NCBI GenBank assembly: GCA_035295425.1
Contig: DATGJB010000055.1
Span: 33,698-97,697, forward strand
From: Chloroflexota bacterium
GTDB taxonomy: Bacteria > Chloroflexota > UBA5177
Direction: 5' to 3'
DNA: 64,000 bases
A program made the translations under genes and the position numbers. Below are positions 35,334-45,489 of this stretch, piece after piece; the first letter of the stretch is position 1; the number at the start of each line of letters is the position of its first letter. The notes beneath the pieces are model-generated. The model saw only the letters and a program-made list of their open reading frames with translations. It was not told the DNA's origin and did no database searches.

Positions 35334-37973
35334 ATGGCGAATGCTGGGCCGGCTACTTCTGTGCCGGACACCGAGCACCAGTTCAATCTCCTCTTCGACC
35401 TCATTCAGCAGATCAACCAGGGTGCCGGGCTCGAGCGTGTGTTCGAGCTGGTTGCCAACACCCTGCGCGAGATCTTCGCGATTGACCGGTTTGCCCTGGT
35501 GCTGCTCCGTCCGGACGGTAGCCTGAGCCTGACCGCGACCCACGGCCTGTCGGAGCGCTACCTCAGGCGGGTACGCGACCATATGACCACCAGCCCGGGA
35601 GCACGCGCCCTGGCGGCGAGGCGTCCGCTGTACATCGAGGATGCCACCGGTCCAGACTTCGCACCGCTCCAGGAAGCAGCCAGCGACGAAGGGCTGCGTA
35701 CCGTTCTGATCCTGCCGCTTTTCGCCGGGCCGACCGCACTGGGGTACCTGCTCATGTACCACGACGTGCCGCGGAGCTACACCCCGGCGGAGGTCATCCT
35801 CGCCCAGGCGCTCGCCCAGCAGGCCGCACTGGCCGTCCAGCACGCCCGCATGCTGGATGCCGCCGAGGCGCACCGTGCCGATCTGGAGCGTCGGTTCAAC
35901 CAGCGTGTCATGGAGGCCGAGGCAATCGACGAGATCACGCTGGGCATTGCCTCGTCGCTCGATCTCGAGCAGACCCTGCAGGCGATTACCGACGCCGCGG
36001 CGTCGCTGTCACCGGCTGCCACAGCCAGTCTCTATCTTCGCGAGCCCGACGGGACCTTCCGGGCCGTCGCCGCCCACGGCACGCCGCTCGATCGGCTGCA
36101 GTCAGTCGTCCTGACCCCGTCTACCGGGCTGCTCAAGGAGATCTGCCGCACCGGTCGGCCGGCGCAAGTCTCCGACTTCGCGGCCGAGGTCGTCTCGACC
36201 GACGCGGCGTATGCGGAGGTCCGGCGCACCGGCGTGCACGCCACGCTCGGCGTCCCATTCATGGAGAACGGGGTGTGTATTGGCGTCCTCTACGCCGGCA
36301 GTGTCAATGCCGAGCCGTTTCCACCCGACACGATACGAGGTATGACCAGGCTGGCAACCTTTGCCCGGGTCGCGGTGCGCAATGCCCGACGGTTTTCCGA
36401 TGTGGAGGCGGAGCGCTTCCGCCTCCAGGCGTATCTCGACGCGATTCCGGAGGGCGTGCTCATTCTGGAACGCAACGGGCGGATCGCGCTGGTCAACGAG
36501 GCGCTGCAGCGTCAGGTCGGGGCGTCGGTTCCACTGGAAGGGCTCTCGCAGCAGCAGTATGTGGCAACGCCGGAGCGCTTCAGCACGCGGCCGATCCGCT
36601 TCCGCTACGATCCGCAGGCGGTGTTCATCCGTGTGATCACGACCGGGAAGCCGGAGCAGGGCTTGCTCGAAGTCGGCGATCCGCCCCAGACGTACGAGGT
36701 GCACTTCAACGCACTGCGTTCCCCCGCTGGTTCTATCGAGGGCGTGGTTGCCACCGTGCGCGAGATCACCGAGCTGCTGGAGCTGGAACGCGAACGGTCC
36801 CGAATGGGCCTGCTCGCCCAGCTGCTCGATCTCTCCGTCGTGCTCAATTCGGACCTCTCCATTCCGGTGCTGCTGGAACGGGTTGTCGAGGTGGCGATGG
36901 AGCTGGTGGGTGCGGAATCGGGCACCCTCGGGCTAGTGGAGGGTGACAGGCTCGCCTTCCGCCGCTTCCACCTTCCCGATCGCTGGATCGACTTCGATGT
37001 CAGCCTGCTGCGCGGACAGGGAGGCCCGGGCTATGTGTGGGAAACCATGGCGCCCTACGTCAGCAACGACTGCTCCACCGATCCCCGCGTCCTCGCCGAC
37101 GTCCAGCACAGTCTGGGTTTCCGCCGCATGGCCGCCGTGCCGGTTATCAATCGAGAGGGCAAGCTGATCGGTACGCTGAGCGTCTACGATCCGGTGGTGG
37201 AGCGCGACTTCGGCCAGCGCGACGTGGAGGCGCTGCAGCTTCTCGCGCACCAGGTGTCGATCGCGATCGAGAACGCGCGGCTGAGCGAAACCAAGGACGC
37301 TTTCCTGTCCATCGTGTCCCACGAGCTGAAAACGCCGGTTACCTCGATCAAGGGATTCACCCAGGTACTACAGCGGCGTCTGCCGGATGAGGTGATGGGC
37401 ACCGCCGGTAAGTACCTCAGCGTCATCAATCAGCAGACCGACCGGCTGACCACGCTTATCAACGATCTGCTGGACCTCTCGCGAATCCAGCTGGGAAGGT
37501 TTTACTTCGACCTCGAGCCGGTCGACTATGCGCGCCTGGTGCGCGAGGTGGTTGAGGAGATGGAGTTGGTCACACCGCACAATCCGCTGGTGTTGACCGC
37601 CCCGGATCGAGTGATGGTGCAGGCTAACGCCAATCGCCTGCGACAGGTGCTCGTCAACCTTATCGACAACGCGGTCAAGTACGGTCCGGAAGGTGAGCCG
37701 ATCCAGGTGACGGTCGAGGCAGGCGACACCGTCGCCGTCACCACCGTGGTCGACAACGGCCGGGGACTGCCGGCCGCCGAGGCGGAGCGCGTCTTCAACC
37801 CCTACTATCAGCTCGTCGAGGGCGGCCCACAGCATGCCACCGGCCTCGGTCTGGGGCTGTACATCAGCCGGCAAATCGTCACCGAGCACGGGGGTGAGAT
37901 CGGCGTCGAGGCGGGCGAGCAGACATGCTTCCGCTTCACCATCCCGCTCGATCAGGGTGCCGATCCGGCCTGA
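35334..37973 (+). CDS. Sensor histidine kinase with three GAF domains (HisKA + HATPase_c)
   Basis: H-box SHELKTP, N/G boxes (DNAVKYG, GLGLGL); TGAATG overlap with the upstream gene; no adjacent response regulator. Confidence 0.85.
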   Translation: MANAGPATSVPDTEHQFNLLFDLIQQINQGAGLERVFELVANTLREIFAIDRFALVLLRPDGSLSLTATHGLSERYLRRVRDHMTTSPGARALAARRPLYIEDATGPDFAPLQEAASDEGLRTVLILPLFAGPTALGYLLMYHDVPRSYTPAEVILAQALAQQAALAVQHARMLDAAEAHRADLERRFNQRVMEAEAIDEITLGIASSLDLEQTLQAITDAAASLSPAATASLYLREPDGTFRAVAAHGTPLDRLQSVVLTPSTGLLKEICRTGRPAQVSDFAAEVVSTDAAYAEVRRTGVHATLGVPFMENGVCIGVLYAGSVNAEPFPPDTIRGMTRLATFARVAVRNARRFSDVEAERFRLQAYLDAIPEGVLILERNGRIALVNEALQRQVGASVPLEGLSQQQYVATPERFSTRPIRFRYDPQAVFIRVITTGKPEQGLLEVGDPPQTYEVHFNALRSPAGSIEGVVATVREITELLELERERSRMGLLAQLLDLSVVLNSDLSIPVLLERVVEVAMELVGAESGTLGLVEGDRLAFRRFHLPDRWIDFDVSLLRGQGGPGYVWETMAPYVSNDCSTDPRVLADVQHSLGFRRMAAVPVINREGKLIGTLSVYDPVVERDFGQRDVEALQLLAHQVSIAIENARLSETKDAFLSIVSHELKTPVTSIKGFTQVLQRRLPDEVMGTAGKYLSVINQQTDRLTTLINDLLDLSRIQLGRFYFDLEPVDYARLVREVVEEMELVTPHNPLVLTAPDRVMVQANANRLRQVLVNLIDNAVKYGPEGEPIQVTVEAGDTVAVTTVVDNGRGLPAAEAERVFNPYYQLVEGGPQHATGLGLGLYISRQIVTEHGGEIGVEAGEQTCFRFTIPLDQGADPA

Positions 37974-37988
37974 GCCGGCTCCCCTTGG

Positions 37989-38216
37989 TCAGGTGGGGTC
38001 GCCGCCGTTCAGCAAACGGGCTCGCGCTGCTGCGAACTCCTCATCGCTCAGCGTTCCGGAGTCGTGCAGCTCTTCCAGCTTCGCCAGCTCTTCGTCCTGG
38101 AGGAGCCCCGGCGAGCCGCCGCTCCCCGGCACGTACTCGTCGCCGCGCATCCCGGTCTTGAATGCCTGCACCGTTTCCTTCAACAGCTCCCGGGTGCCGT
38201 CTACCGTTTCGTCCAT
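37989..38216 (-). CDS. SHOCT-domain small protein
   Basis: C-terminal LAKLEELHDSGTLSDEEFAAARARLL (SHOCT signature). Confidence 0.5.
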   Translation of the reverse strand: MDETVDGTRELLKETVQAFKTGMRGDEYVPGSGGSPGLLQDEELAKLEELHDSGTLSDEEFAAARARLLNGGDPT

Positions 38217-38340
38217 TGTCCCTCTCTCCGCGCGAGTGAGCAGCGGTCGGGCTGCGGCCGGCTGAAGGCCGCTCCCAGGACATTACACCACATGCCATTC
38301 CATACCGGCGTGGGAGCATGCATCGTGGGTCGCCGGCCGT

Positions 38341-39555
38341 GTGGTCACGAACTTGCTAGGTGCACACCGAACGGTCCATGTCAGAGATAGGAGTGAGCGC
38401 GACGTGGCTCTTGCCCGGTCGAGCGCCGCAGCCGCGGCGCTGCAGCACGTTGATCCGGGGGAGATCCCGGCCGATCCCGTAGAGTCTGCCCGGCAGGCAG
38501 GTCTGCGATACGTGAACGACGCGATGCCTGGCATTCGGCGGGTGCGGCGTGGCAAGACCATTCGCTACGTCGGCCCCGAGGGCGCGCCGGTGACCGACGC
38601 GAAGGAGCTGGGCCGGATCAAGACGCTCGCCATTCCTCCGGCCTGGACCGATGTCTGGATTTGCGCGCACCCACGCGGTCATCTGCAGGCGACGGGGCGT
38701 GACGCGCGGGGACGGAAGCAGTACCGCTACCACCCGCGGTGGCGTCAGGTGCGTGACGAGACCAAGTACTACCGCATGCTTGCCTTCGGCGAGGCATTGC
38801 CACGGATCCGACAGCAGGTCGATCACGACCTGAGCCTGCCCGGCATGCAGCGCACGCGTGTCCTGGCCGCGGTTGTGCGTCTCCTCGAGACGACGCTCAT
38901 TCGCGTCGGCAACGAGGAGTACGCCCGTGACAACAAGTCGTACGGACTGACGACCATGCGGAACCGGCATGTCGACGTCGAGGGCTCGGCGCTCGTCTTC
39001 CACTTCAAGGGGAAGAGCGGCGTCAAGCATGTGGTCGGCGTGCGGGACCGTCGACTCGCCAACATCGTCAAGCGGAGCCGCGATCTGCCTGGACAGCACC
39101 TCTTCGAGTACGTGGATGACGACGGCGAGGTGCAGGCGATCGACTCGGGGGATGTCAACGACTATCTGAAGGAGATCACCGGGGAGGACTTCACCGCCAA
39201 GGACTTCCGCACCTGGGCGGGCACGGTGCTGGCGGCACAGGCCCTGGAAGAGCTCGCGGACTTCGACTCCGAGACCCAGGCCAGAAAGAACATTGTGCGG
39301 GCAGTTGAACGAGTGGCCGAGCGCCTGGGCAACACGCCATCGGTGTGTCGCAAGTGCTACGTCCATCCCGAGGTGTTCAACGCCTATCTGGAGCGCGCGA
39401 CGATCCACACCGTGCAGGAGCAGATCCAGTACGACCTCACACACGCGCTGCCGGATATGGACCCCGAGGAGGCCGCGGTCATGGCGCTTCTCTACCAGCG
39501 CCTGCAGCGCGATGAGCAGGCGCCCGACCGCCGCCGGCCCGATGGAGCGAGGTGA
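38341..39555 (+). CDS. Type IB DNA topoisomerase (bacterial/poxvirus-type TopIB)
   Basis: N-terminal LRYVNDAMPGIRR, catalytic region with RxK...R...H...Y pattern (SVCRKCYVHPEV, tyrosine region). Confidence 0.75.
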   Translation: MVTNLLGAHRTVHVRDRSERDVALARSSAAAAALQHVDPGEIPADPVESARQAGLRYVNDAMPGIRRVRRGKTIRYVGPEGAPVTDAKELGRIKTLAIPPAWTDVWICAHPRGHLQATGRDARGRKQYRYHPRWRQVRDETKYYRMLAFGEALPRIRQQVDHDLSLPGMQRTRVLAAVVRLLETTLIRVGNEEYARDNKSYGLTTMRNRHVDVEGSALVFHFKGKSGVKHVVGVRDRRLANIVKRSRDLPGQHLFEYVDDDGEVQAIDSGDVNDYLKEITGEDFTAKDFRTWAGTVLAAQALEELADFDSETQARKNIVRAVERVAERLGNTPSVCRKCYVHPEVFNAYLERATIHTVQEQIQYDLTHALPDMDPEEAAVMALLYQRLQRDEQAPDRRRPDGAR

Positions 39556-40466
39556 TGTCCATCGACACTGTGGAAGAGCTACGAGCAACCGGCTGGGACG
39601 ACCTGGTCGATCGCCTGTATGCCGAGTCGTGGCGGGAGAGTCTGGCACGCTTCCGATCGCGCTACGCCTTCCGCGGGATGAGCCGCACCGAGTACCGACT
39701 CACCACCAGCCTCGGACGGCTCGGCAGGGATACCACCCAGGCGCTGGAAGAGCCGATTCTGCGCGCCTTCCGGAAGTACGCGCAGGGAGGGACGCAGCTG
39801 CCCGGCTCCTCGATCTGGAACTGGCTCGCCCTCGCCCAGCACCACGGGCTGAGCACGCGTCTCCTCGACTGGACTTACTCCCCGCTGGTGGCAATGCACT
39901 TTGCCACCGAGAACGAACGGAACCTCCACGCCGACGGCGTGATCTGGTGTGTCGACTACCCGCACACCAATGAACTCCTGCCAGAGAAGCTGAAGCAGAT
40001 TCTGCAGGATGAAGGCTCCGACGTGTTCACAGCCGACATGCTCGAGCAGGCGGCGGGAAGCCTGAGCGCGTTCGACGCCCTCGCCGGTGAACCGTTCGTC
40101 GCCTTCTTCGAGCCGCCCTCGCTCGACGACCGAATCGTCAACCAATATGCCCTCTTCTCGCTGGTGTCTGATCCCAGCATCGATCTCGGCGACTGGCTGC
40201 GCGAGCATCCCGACATGGCTCGCTGCATCGTGATTCCCGCCGAGTTGAAGCTGGAAATCCGCGACAAGCTGGATCAGTCGAACATCACCGAGCGCGTACT
40301 CTATCCAGGTCTCGATGGGCTCTGCAAGTGGCTGAACCGGTACTACGCACCTCGCCAGGTCTTCGAGGAAGTGATGCGCGCCGAGCGGCAGACAGACAGT
40401 GGACCGGACGGCGCCGGCGGCGAGGAAGAGGGCCTACCCGGAGAAGGGGAGCTCGCCCCAGCCTGA
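39552..40466 (+). CDS. FRG-domain protein
   Basis: FRG motif YAFRGMS; ATG overlaps the TopIB stop (GTGATG), implying translational coupling. Confidence 0.7.
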   Translation: MMSIDTVEELRATGWDDLVDRLYAESWRESLARFRSRYAFRGMSRTEYRLTTSLGRLGRDTTQALEEPILRAFRKYAQGGTQLPGSSIWNWLALAQHHGLSTRLLDWTYSPLVAMHFATENERNLHADGVIWCVDYPHTNELLPEKLKQILQDEGSDVFTADMLEQAAGSLSAFDALAGEPFVAFFEPPSLDDRIVNQYALFSLVSDPSIDLGDWLREHPDMARCIVIPAELKLEIRDKLDQSNITERVLYPGLDGLCKWLNRYYAPRQVFEEVMRAERQTDSGPDGAGGEEEGLPGEGELAPA

Positions 40467-40533
40467 CGCGCCGGCATGAGCGATGACTACCTCGTGCCAC
40501 GGTTGGAAGACCAGCCGCTTCCCGGTCGGGCGT

Positions 40534-41199
40534 TCAGACGCGTGGAAGCGAGGTGACGCGGCGTCTGGCCTCCGTTCCAACCGGAGAGCCGTCCTCGGTC
40601 CTCGGTAGCGGAACGACATTCGCCGGCGTATCTTCCCCCGATCGCAGGCAGTTGCGCAGTGCGACGCAGATGCCGTGGGCGATTGCCAGGTGGGCGTCCT
40701 CGACCTGCTCGATACAGTCCGAGGGTACGCGGACCACGAGGTCGACGAGATCGCGCAGCTGTCCCCCACTCCGACCGGTGAGAGCGATGGTGTCGGCTCG
40801 CGCGCCATGAGCCGCCTCGGCCGCGGCGACGACGTTCGGCGAGCTGCCACTGGCGCTGATAAGGACGACGCTGTCTCCGGCGCGAACCAGGTTGACGAGC
40901 TGCTCGGCAAAAATTCGATCGTACTGCGTGTCGTTACCCCAGGCAGTCAGGAGCGGCACGTTGTCGGTGAGGGGAATAACGCGGAAGGGTGGAATGCCGT
41001 CGGCGCGCGTCCCTTTGGCCAGATCGCACGCGAAGTGTGAAGCGGTCGCCGCGCTGCCGCCGTTCCCCATGACGAAGATGGTGCCGCCACGGCGGTGACA
41101 GGCGAGCAGCATCTCGGCGGCGGCGGCCACGGCGCGAAACGGCATGTTCTGCACGACATCCGCCAGCTCGCAGGCGTAGCGCTGAAGGTCATCCCGCAT
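40534..41199 (-). CDS. gmhA: SIS-domain phosphoheptose isomerase (GmhA), copy 1
   Basis: Motifs GNGGSAATASHF, LISASGSSPN; last gene of the heptose operon. Confidence 0.8.
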   Translation of the reverse strand: MRDDLQRYACELADVVQNMPFRAVAAAAEMLLACHRRGGTIFVMGNGGSAATASHFACDLAKGTRADGIPPFRVIPLTDNVPLLTAWGNDTQYDRIFAEQLVNLVRAGDSVVLISASGSSPNVVAAAEAAHGARADTIALTGRSGGQLRDLVDLVVRVPSDCIEQVEDAHLAIAHGICVALRNCLRSGEDTPANVVPLPRTEDGSPVGTEARRRVTSLPRV

Positions 41200-42373
41200 G
41201 CCGTCGCTCCTGACTCTCTGGAACGGGCCGGTCGGCGCGCTCGCTCCCCGGTCGGCCCGGCTGGCGCGGCACGACCAACCACGGACCGGCCGGAGTCATC
41301 CCTCGCCGGCCCGCGCTCAGCAGTACCTGGACGCCCTGTGACGCGAGATCAAACGGCAGCTCCTGCAGTCCCCGTGCGGCCATCGTCGTCCGCACCCGCT
41401 GCTGGTGCTGGAGGGGACAGTAGAGGAGCAGGAAGCCCCCGCCGCCGGCCCCGGTGATTTTGCCGCCAAGCGCGCCGGCGTCACGCGCCGCTCGGTAGGA
41501 GCCGTCGATGGCGCTGGAGGTCATCGACGGTGACAGGCGCTTCTTGTGCTGCCAGCCGGCGTGGAGGAGGCTGCCGAAGGCGTCGAGGTCTTCGGCTTCA
41601 AGGACGCGTCGCGCCTCCGCCGCCAGCTCCTTCAGTCGGTGCAGCGAGTCGAGAACCGCCTGATTGGAAACCGTATCTGCCTGCTGCTGGCGCAGGATCT
41701 GGCCTGAGTGGCGGCTGGTGCCGGTTGAAAAAAGCATGAGGTGCGCCCCCAGCACGTCCTGCACGTCAGGGCTCAGGTCGATGGGCGTGACGCGCGTCTC
41801 GCCGGCGGCGAGCTCGATGGAATTGAGCCCACCAAAGGCGCTAGCATACTGATCCTGCTTGCCGATCGGCATCCCCAGGAGCTCGATCTCGATCGTGCAA
41901 GCGGCTTCGGCGATCTCACCTGGAGAGAGCTCGACTCCCAGGTAGGCTGCGAGCGCCCGTACCAGAGCAACTGCCATCGCGCTCGAGGAGCCCAGGCCGG
42001 TACCAGGCGGCACCTCCGACGCGAGAAAGAGCTCGACGCCCCGTTGCCGCAGTCCGCGGTCCTCAAACCACTCGATCGCGGCCCGAGGCAGGCACAGGGA
42101 GTCCGGCGCGGGGGGAAGTGGGTCGGCTGGAGAGAGCGGTCCACAGCTCTGCCAGGTCCCGTAGTTTGCCGAGTTGATTCGGATGCTGCGATCTCCCGGG
42201 TCCTGCGCGACCACGTAGCAGTAGCGGGTGATCGCCGCGCTGACCACCAGGCCGCCGTACTGCTCGTAGTAGGCAGCCAGGTCGGTTCCGCCGCCGGCGA
42301 AGCTGACACGAACCGGCGCCCGTGCCACGACCATGCCGGGACAGCGCTCAAATCGGTGATGAGGACGTGTCAT
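41189..42373 (-). CDS. hddA: GHMP-family sugar kinase, D-glycero-alpha-D-manno-heptose-7-phosphate kinase-like (HddA)
   Basis: ATG 42373 overlapping the SDR stop (ATGA); GHMP motifs PPGTGLGSSSA and GAGGGGF; the long ORF upstream of 42373 is antisense/junk. Confidence 0.75.
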   Translation of the reverse strand: MTRPHHRFERCPGMVVARAPVRVSFAGGGTDLAAYYEQYGGLVVSAAITRYCYVVAQDPGDRSIRINSANYGTWQSCGPLSPADPLPPAPDSLCLPRAAIEWFEDRGLRQRGVELFLASEVPPGTGLGSSSAMAVALVRALAAYLGVELSPGEIAEAACTIEIELLGMPIGKQDQYASAFGGLNSIELAAGETRVTPIDLSPDVQDVLGAHLMLFSTGTSRHSGQILRQQQADTVSNQAVLDSLHRLKELAAEARRVLEAEDLDAFGSLLHAGWQHKKRLSPSMTSSAIDGSYRAARDAGALGGKITGAGGGGFLLLYCPLQHQQRVRTTMAARGLQELPFDLASQGVQVLLSAGRRGMTPAGPWLVVPRQPGRPGSERADRPVPESQERRHAG

Positions 42374-43113
42374 GGCCAGCTCGTTTCGGTGGGAGGAGTG
42401 ATGATCATTTCCTGCAGCGAGGAGCCGGCCGGCATCTGGACGGCAAAGACGATGGCGCGTGCCACATTCGCCGGGTCCTGCAGGTTCGCTTCGTCCGGCA
42501 TCGGTATGCCTTGCTCCGGGAAGCGGTCGAAAAAGTGGGTGCGCATCCCGCCGGGGATGATGGTCGTCACCCGGATGCCGTAGGGCCGCCCCTCCACACC
42601 CAGCGCCCGGCTGAAGCCCAGCAGCCCCCACTTGGACGCGTGGTACGCCGCCGCGTTGGCCCAGGCGCGGACCGCGGCGGTTGACGCCACGTTGACGATG
42701 TGGCCGCCTCCCGCCTCCCGCATGATGGGAAAGGCCGCTCTGGCCACCAGGAAGGGACCGCGCAGGTTGACGCCCAGTACCCGGTCCCACTGCTGCACCG
42801 TCATCTCGTCGATCGAGACAACATGGTCGGTGGCGGCATTGTTGACTGCCACGTCCAGCCGGCCCAGGTGGGCGACCACCTGGTTGACGGTCTCGCCGAC
42901 CTGAGCGCAGTTCGATACGTCGCAGGGGAGGGCGACGCTGCGGGTGCCGCGCTGCTCCAGGTCGCGTGCGACCCGTTCCGCTCCTTCCCGGTTCAGGTCC
43001 ACGCAGGCCACGGCGCTACCGGCGGCGGCAAAGGCGCGCGCGGTTGCCTCGCCCAGTCCGCTACCGGCTCCCGTGACCATGACCACCGTACCGGTCAGCC
43101 TTCCGTCAATCAC
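42370..43113 (-). CDS. SDR-family oxidoreductase
   Basis: TGAGSGLG cofactor motif, NNAA, catalytic YxxxK (YHASK). Confidence 0.85.
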   Translation of the reverse strand: MIDGRLTGTVVMVTGAGSGLGEATARAFAAAGSAVACVDLNREGAERVARDLEQRGTRSVALPCDVSNCAQVGETVNQVVAHLGRLDVAVNNAATDHVVSIDEMTVQQWDRVLGVNLRGPFLVARAAFPIMREAGGGHIVNVASTAAVRAWANAAAYHASKWGLLGFSRALGVEGRPYGIRVTTIIPGGMRTHFFDRFPEQGIPMPDEANLQDPANVARAIVFAVQMPAGSSLQEMIITPPTETSWP

Positions 43114-43201
43114 TCTCGCTCCATTTCTGTTTGCCGGGAATCACGGCTCGGGGACCCCGGATCGGTCTGGGTGGGCTGCGCGGTCATCTCGTGGAGCTGT
43201 T

Positions 43202-44470
43202 TCATGCGTGCACCTCGAGCGGAACCGCGGGTGTCGCGGCGGGTTCGAGCACCGCCTCGTAGAGCGCAGCGGTTCGCCGAGCCACGGTGGGCCACTCAAA
43301 CCCACGCCGCACGCGGCGTAGGGCCGCTCCACCCATCCGGCGCTGCAGCTCGGGGTCTCGCAGGAGCTGCGCCAGACGTGTGGCCAGGGCCTGCGGAGCG
43401 CGCGGCGGAACGAGATACCCCGTCACGCCGTCCACCACCGTGAACGCGATCCCGCCGACCGCTGAGCCGATCACCGGGCGGCCGCAGGCCATCCCCTCCA
43501 GTGGTGTCAGCCCGAACGGCTCGTACCAGGGCGTGGTGACCACGACATCACCGGCTCCGTAGTAGTAGCGCAGCATGTGGGGCTGTCGCTTGCCGGTGAA
43601 CGTGAGCCGGTCCGCGACGTCGAGCTCCGCTGCGAGCCGCTGCAGCTCGCCGATCTCCGGCGTGGCCGTAGGATCGGGGTCCGGTGTCTCGCCCCCGACC
43701 AGCAGCAACCGAACGGGCAGGTCCATGTCGCGCCGCAGCAGGGCGACCGCCCGGACCACGTTTCGGATGTCCTTGCGCGGCAGCATTCGGCCAACGTAGA
43801 CCACGATCCGGTCGTCGAGGTCCAGCCCGAGCCGCCGGCGGGCTTCACGTCGATCGACCGGGCAGAACAGCCGCGTGTTGACGCCCGAGGGGATAACCTC
43901 AACCCGCTCCGGGCTCGCTCCGTAGTCGTCGATCAGCTCGCCGGCCTCGGCCGGGCACTGCGCGATGAGCCGGTCGGCCCGCCGCACCACCTGCCGCTCG
44001 ATGTCGATGCGGACAGCGGGGCTGGTGTCCGCCGTCCCTTGATGGCGCTGCTTGGTTTTCCCCATAGCGTGGAAAATCTGCACGGTGGGAACGCGGCACC
44101 GACGTCCAAGCTCCACCCCGACCCAGCCCGACATCCAGAAGTTGCCGTGGATCAGGTCGTAGTGCGTGCCGTCGGTCAGCATGAAGCGCAGCACGGCATC
44201 GCGGAAGGCCGGCATCAGCGGCCACAGTTCGTCTTTGCACACCCATTTCGGCGGCCCGACCCAGAGGTTGACGACGCGGACGCCCGGCGCCCAGTCCAGT
44301 ACTTCCGGGGCGTCGGGGCGCTCCCAGCGAGTGAAGACATCGACCCGGTAGCCCCGGCTGGCGAGGCCCCGGCTGACCTCGTCGACGTACACGTTCTGGC
44401 CACCGGCGTCGACGCTGCCGAGGGTCGCAACCGGACTGGCATGCTCGCTCAGGAAGGCGATGTGCCTCAT
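43202..44470 (-). CDS. GT4-family glycosyltransferase (sucrose-phosphate-synthase/MshA-like N-terminus GGQNVYV)
   Basis: GT-B fold; EPFGLTPLEGMACGRPVIGS sugar-donor motif. Confidence 0.8.
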   Translation of the reverse strand: MRHIAFLSEHASPVATLGSVDAGGQNVYVDEVSRGLASRGYRVDVFTRWERPDAPEVLDWAPGVRVVNLWVGPPKWVCKDELWPLMPAFRDAVLRFMLTDGTHYDLIHGNFWMSGWVGVELGRRCRVPTVQIFHAMGKTKQRHQGTADTSPAVRIDIERQVVRRADRLIAQCPAEAGELIDDYGASPERVEVIPSGVNTRLFCPVDRREARRRLGLDLDDRIVVYVGRMLPRKDIRNVVRAVALLRRDMDLPVRLLLVGGETPDPDPTATPEIGELQRLAAELDVADRLTFTGKRQPHMLRYYYGAGDVVVTTPWYEPFGLTPLEGMACGRPVIGSAVGGIAFTVVDGVTGYLVPPRAPQALATRLAQLLRDPELQRRMGGAALRRVRRGFEWPTVARRTAALYEAVLEPAATPAVPLEVHA

Positions 44471-45489
44471 TGACCGCTCCGGGCCAACTCCGGCGAGCCG
44501 GATGTTTCCAGCGGCGCTTCGTCCGTGCGATGGCCGGCTCTTGCCAGCTCGATCGCTCGTTCGAAGGCGGCATTCCAGTCGCGGACAAAGCGGTTCAGCC
44601 CAAAGCGCCGCAGCGCGACCTCCCGGGCGTTGGCGCCCATCTGACGGGCCACACCCGGATTGCGCAGCAGGAACTGCATCCGCTCGATCAGGTAGTCAAA
44701 CCGGCACGATACGTGGCCGGAATAGCCGTCCTCGATGACCGTCGGCAGCTCGGTCGTTGCCAGGGCGACGACCGGCATCCCGATGGTCATCGCCTCGATG
44801 ACCGCGAGCGGCAGGCTGGTGTAGCGCATTGGACTGAACAGGAAGCGATACCGTGCGACATGGCGATGCAGGTCGCGGTACGGAATGTCCCCGAGGCCGC
44901 CAAAGTCCTCGGTCTGCATGCCCGCGATGTCGAGCGGAACTTCCTGCCGTGCCTGGAGGAAGAGATCGTAGCCGGCGATACGCGGCCGCTTCTGCATGCC
45001 GTTGATCACGGTGATACCTCGATCCAGCTCCCCGTCGTAACGGATGCCCGGATCGATGGCGACACTGTGCTCGATCACCGCGGTCGGAATGTCCCCGTTG
45101 TCCCACATCAGCTGGTTGTAGTGCGTGACATGTACGAGCAGAACCGAGGGATCGTCCACCGGGTGACGCGTGTCGCTGCCGTGCGGGCGCGGAACGTTGT
45201 GCTCCAGGTAGATCCTGGGCAACCGGCGCTGCAGAGGGCTCAAGATTTCGTACTGGTCCTCGAGATAGTTCCGGGCAGTCTGGAAGATGACAAGATCGAG
45301 CTCGAGCTCGCGAACGCGTTCCGCCGGCACGTCGTGGATGCCCGGCGGGCGGTTGAAGGTGTCCCCCCAACCCCGGTAGCCCTCCGGGTGGCCCGGCTTG
45401 ACCGGTAGGTACCAGTCATGGTCGGCCCGCGTGATCGCGTTGAGGTAGCTACCGTGGATGTGCCAGATCAGAATCCTGAGCCGTCTCAT
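44467..45489 (-). CDS. GT4-like glycosyltransferase
   Basis: ATG 45489 (GGAGAAG RBS) overlapping the upstream stop; C-terminal GT1/4 motif region (GMPVVALATTELPTVIEDG). Confidence 0.7.
   Translation of the reverse strand: MRRLRILIWHIHGSYLNAITRADHDWYLPVKPGHPEGYRGWGDTFNRPPGIHDVPAERVRELELDLVIFQTARNYLEDQYEILSPLQRRLPRIYLEHNVPRPHGSDTRHPVDDPSVLLVHVTHYNQLMWDNGDIPTAVIEHSVAIDPGIRYDGELDRGITVINGMQKRPRIAGYDLFLQARQEVPLDIAGMQTEDFGGLGDIPYRDLHRHVARYRFLFSPMRYTSLPLAVIEAMTIGMPVVALATTELPTVIEDGYSGHVSCRFDYLIERMQFLLRNPGVARQMGANAREVALRRFGLNRFVRDWNAAFERAIELARAGHRTDEAPLETSGSPELARSGQ

Noticed and set aside
41189-42790. N-terminal 139 codons of the long HddA ORF (42374-42790)
   Set aside because: This stretch overlaps the SDR gene in another frame and is Gly/Arg/His-rich. 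The kinase starts at ATG 42373 with the canonical ATGA overlap.
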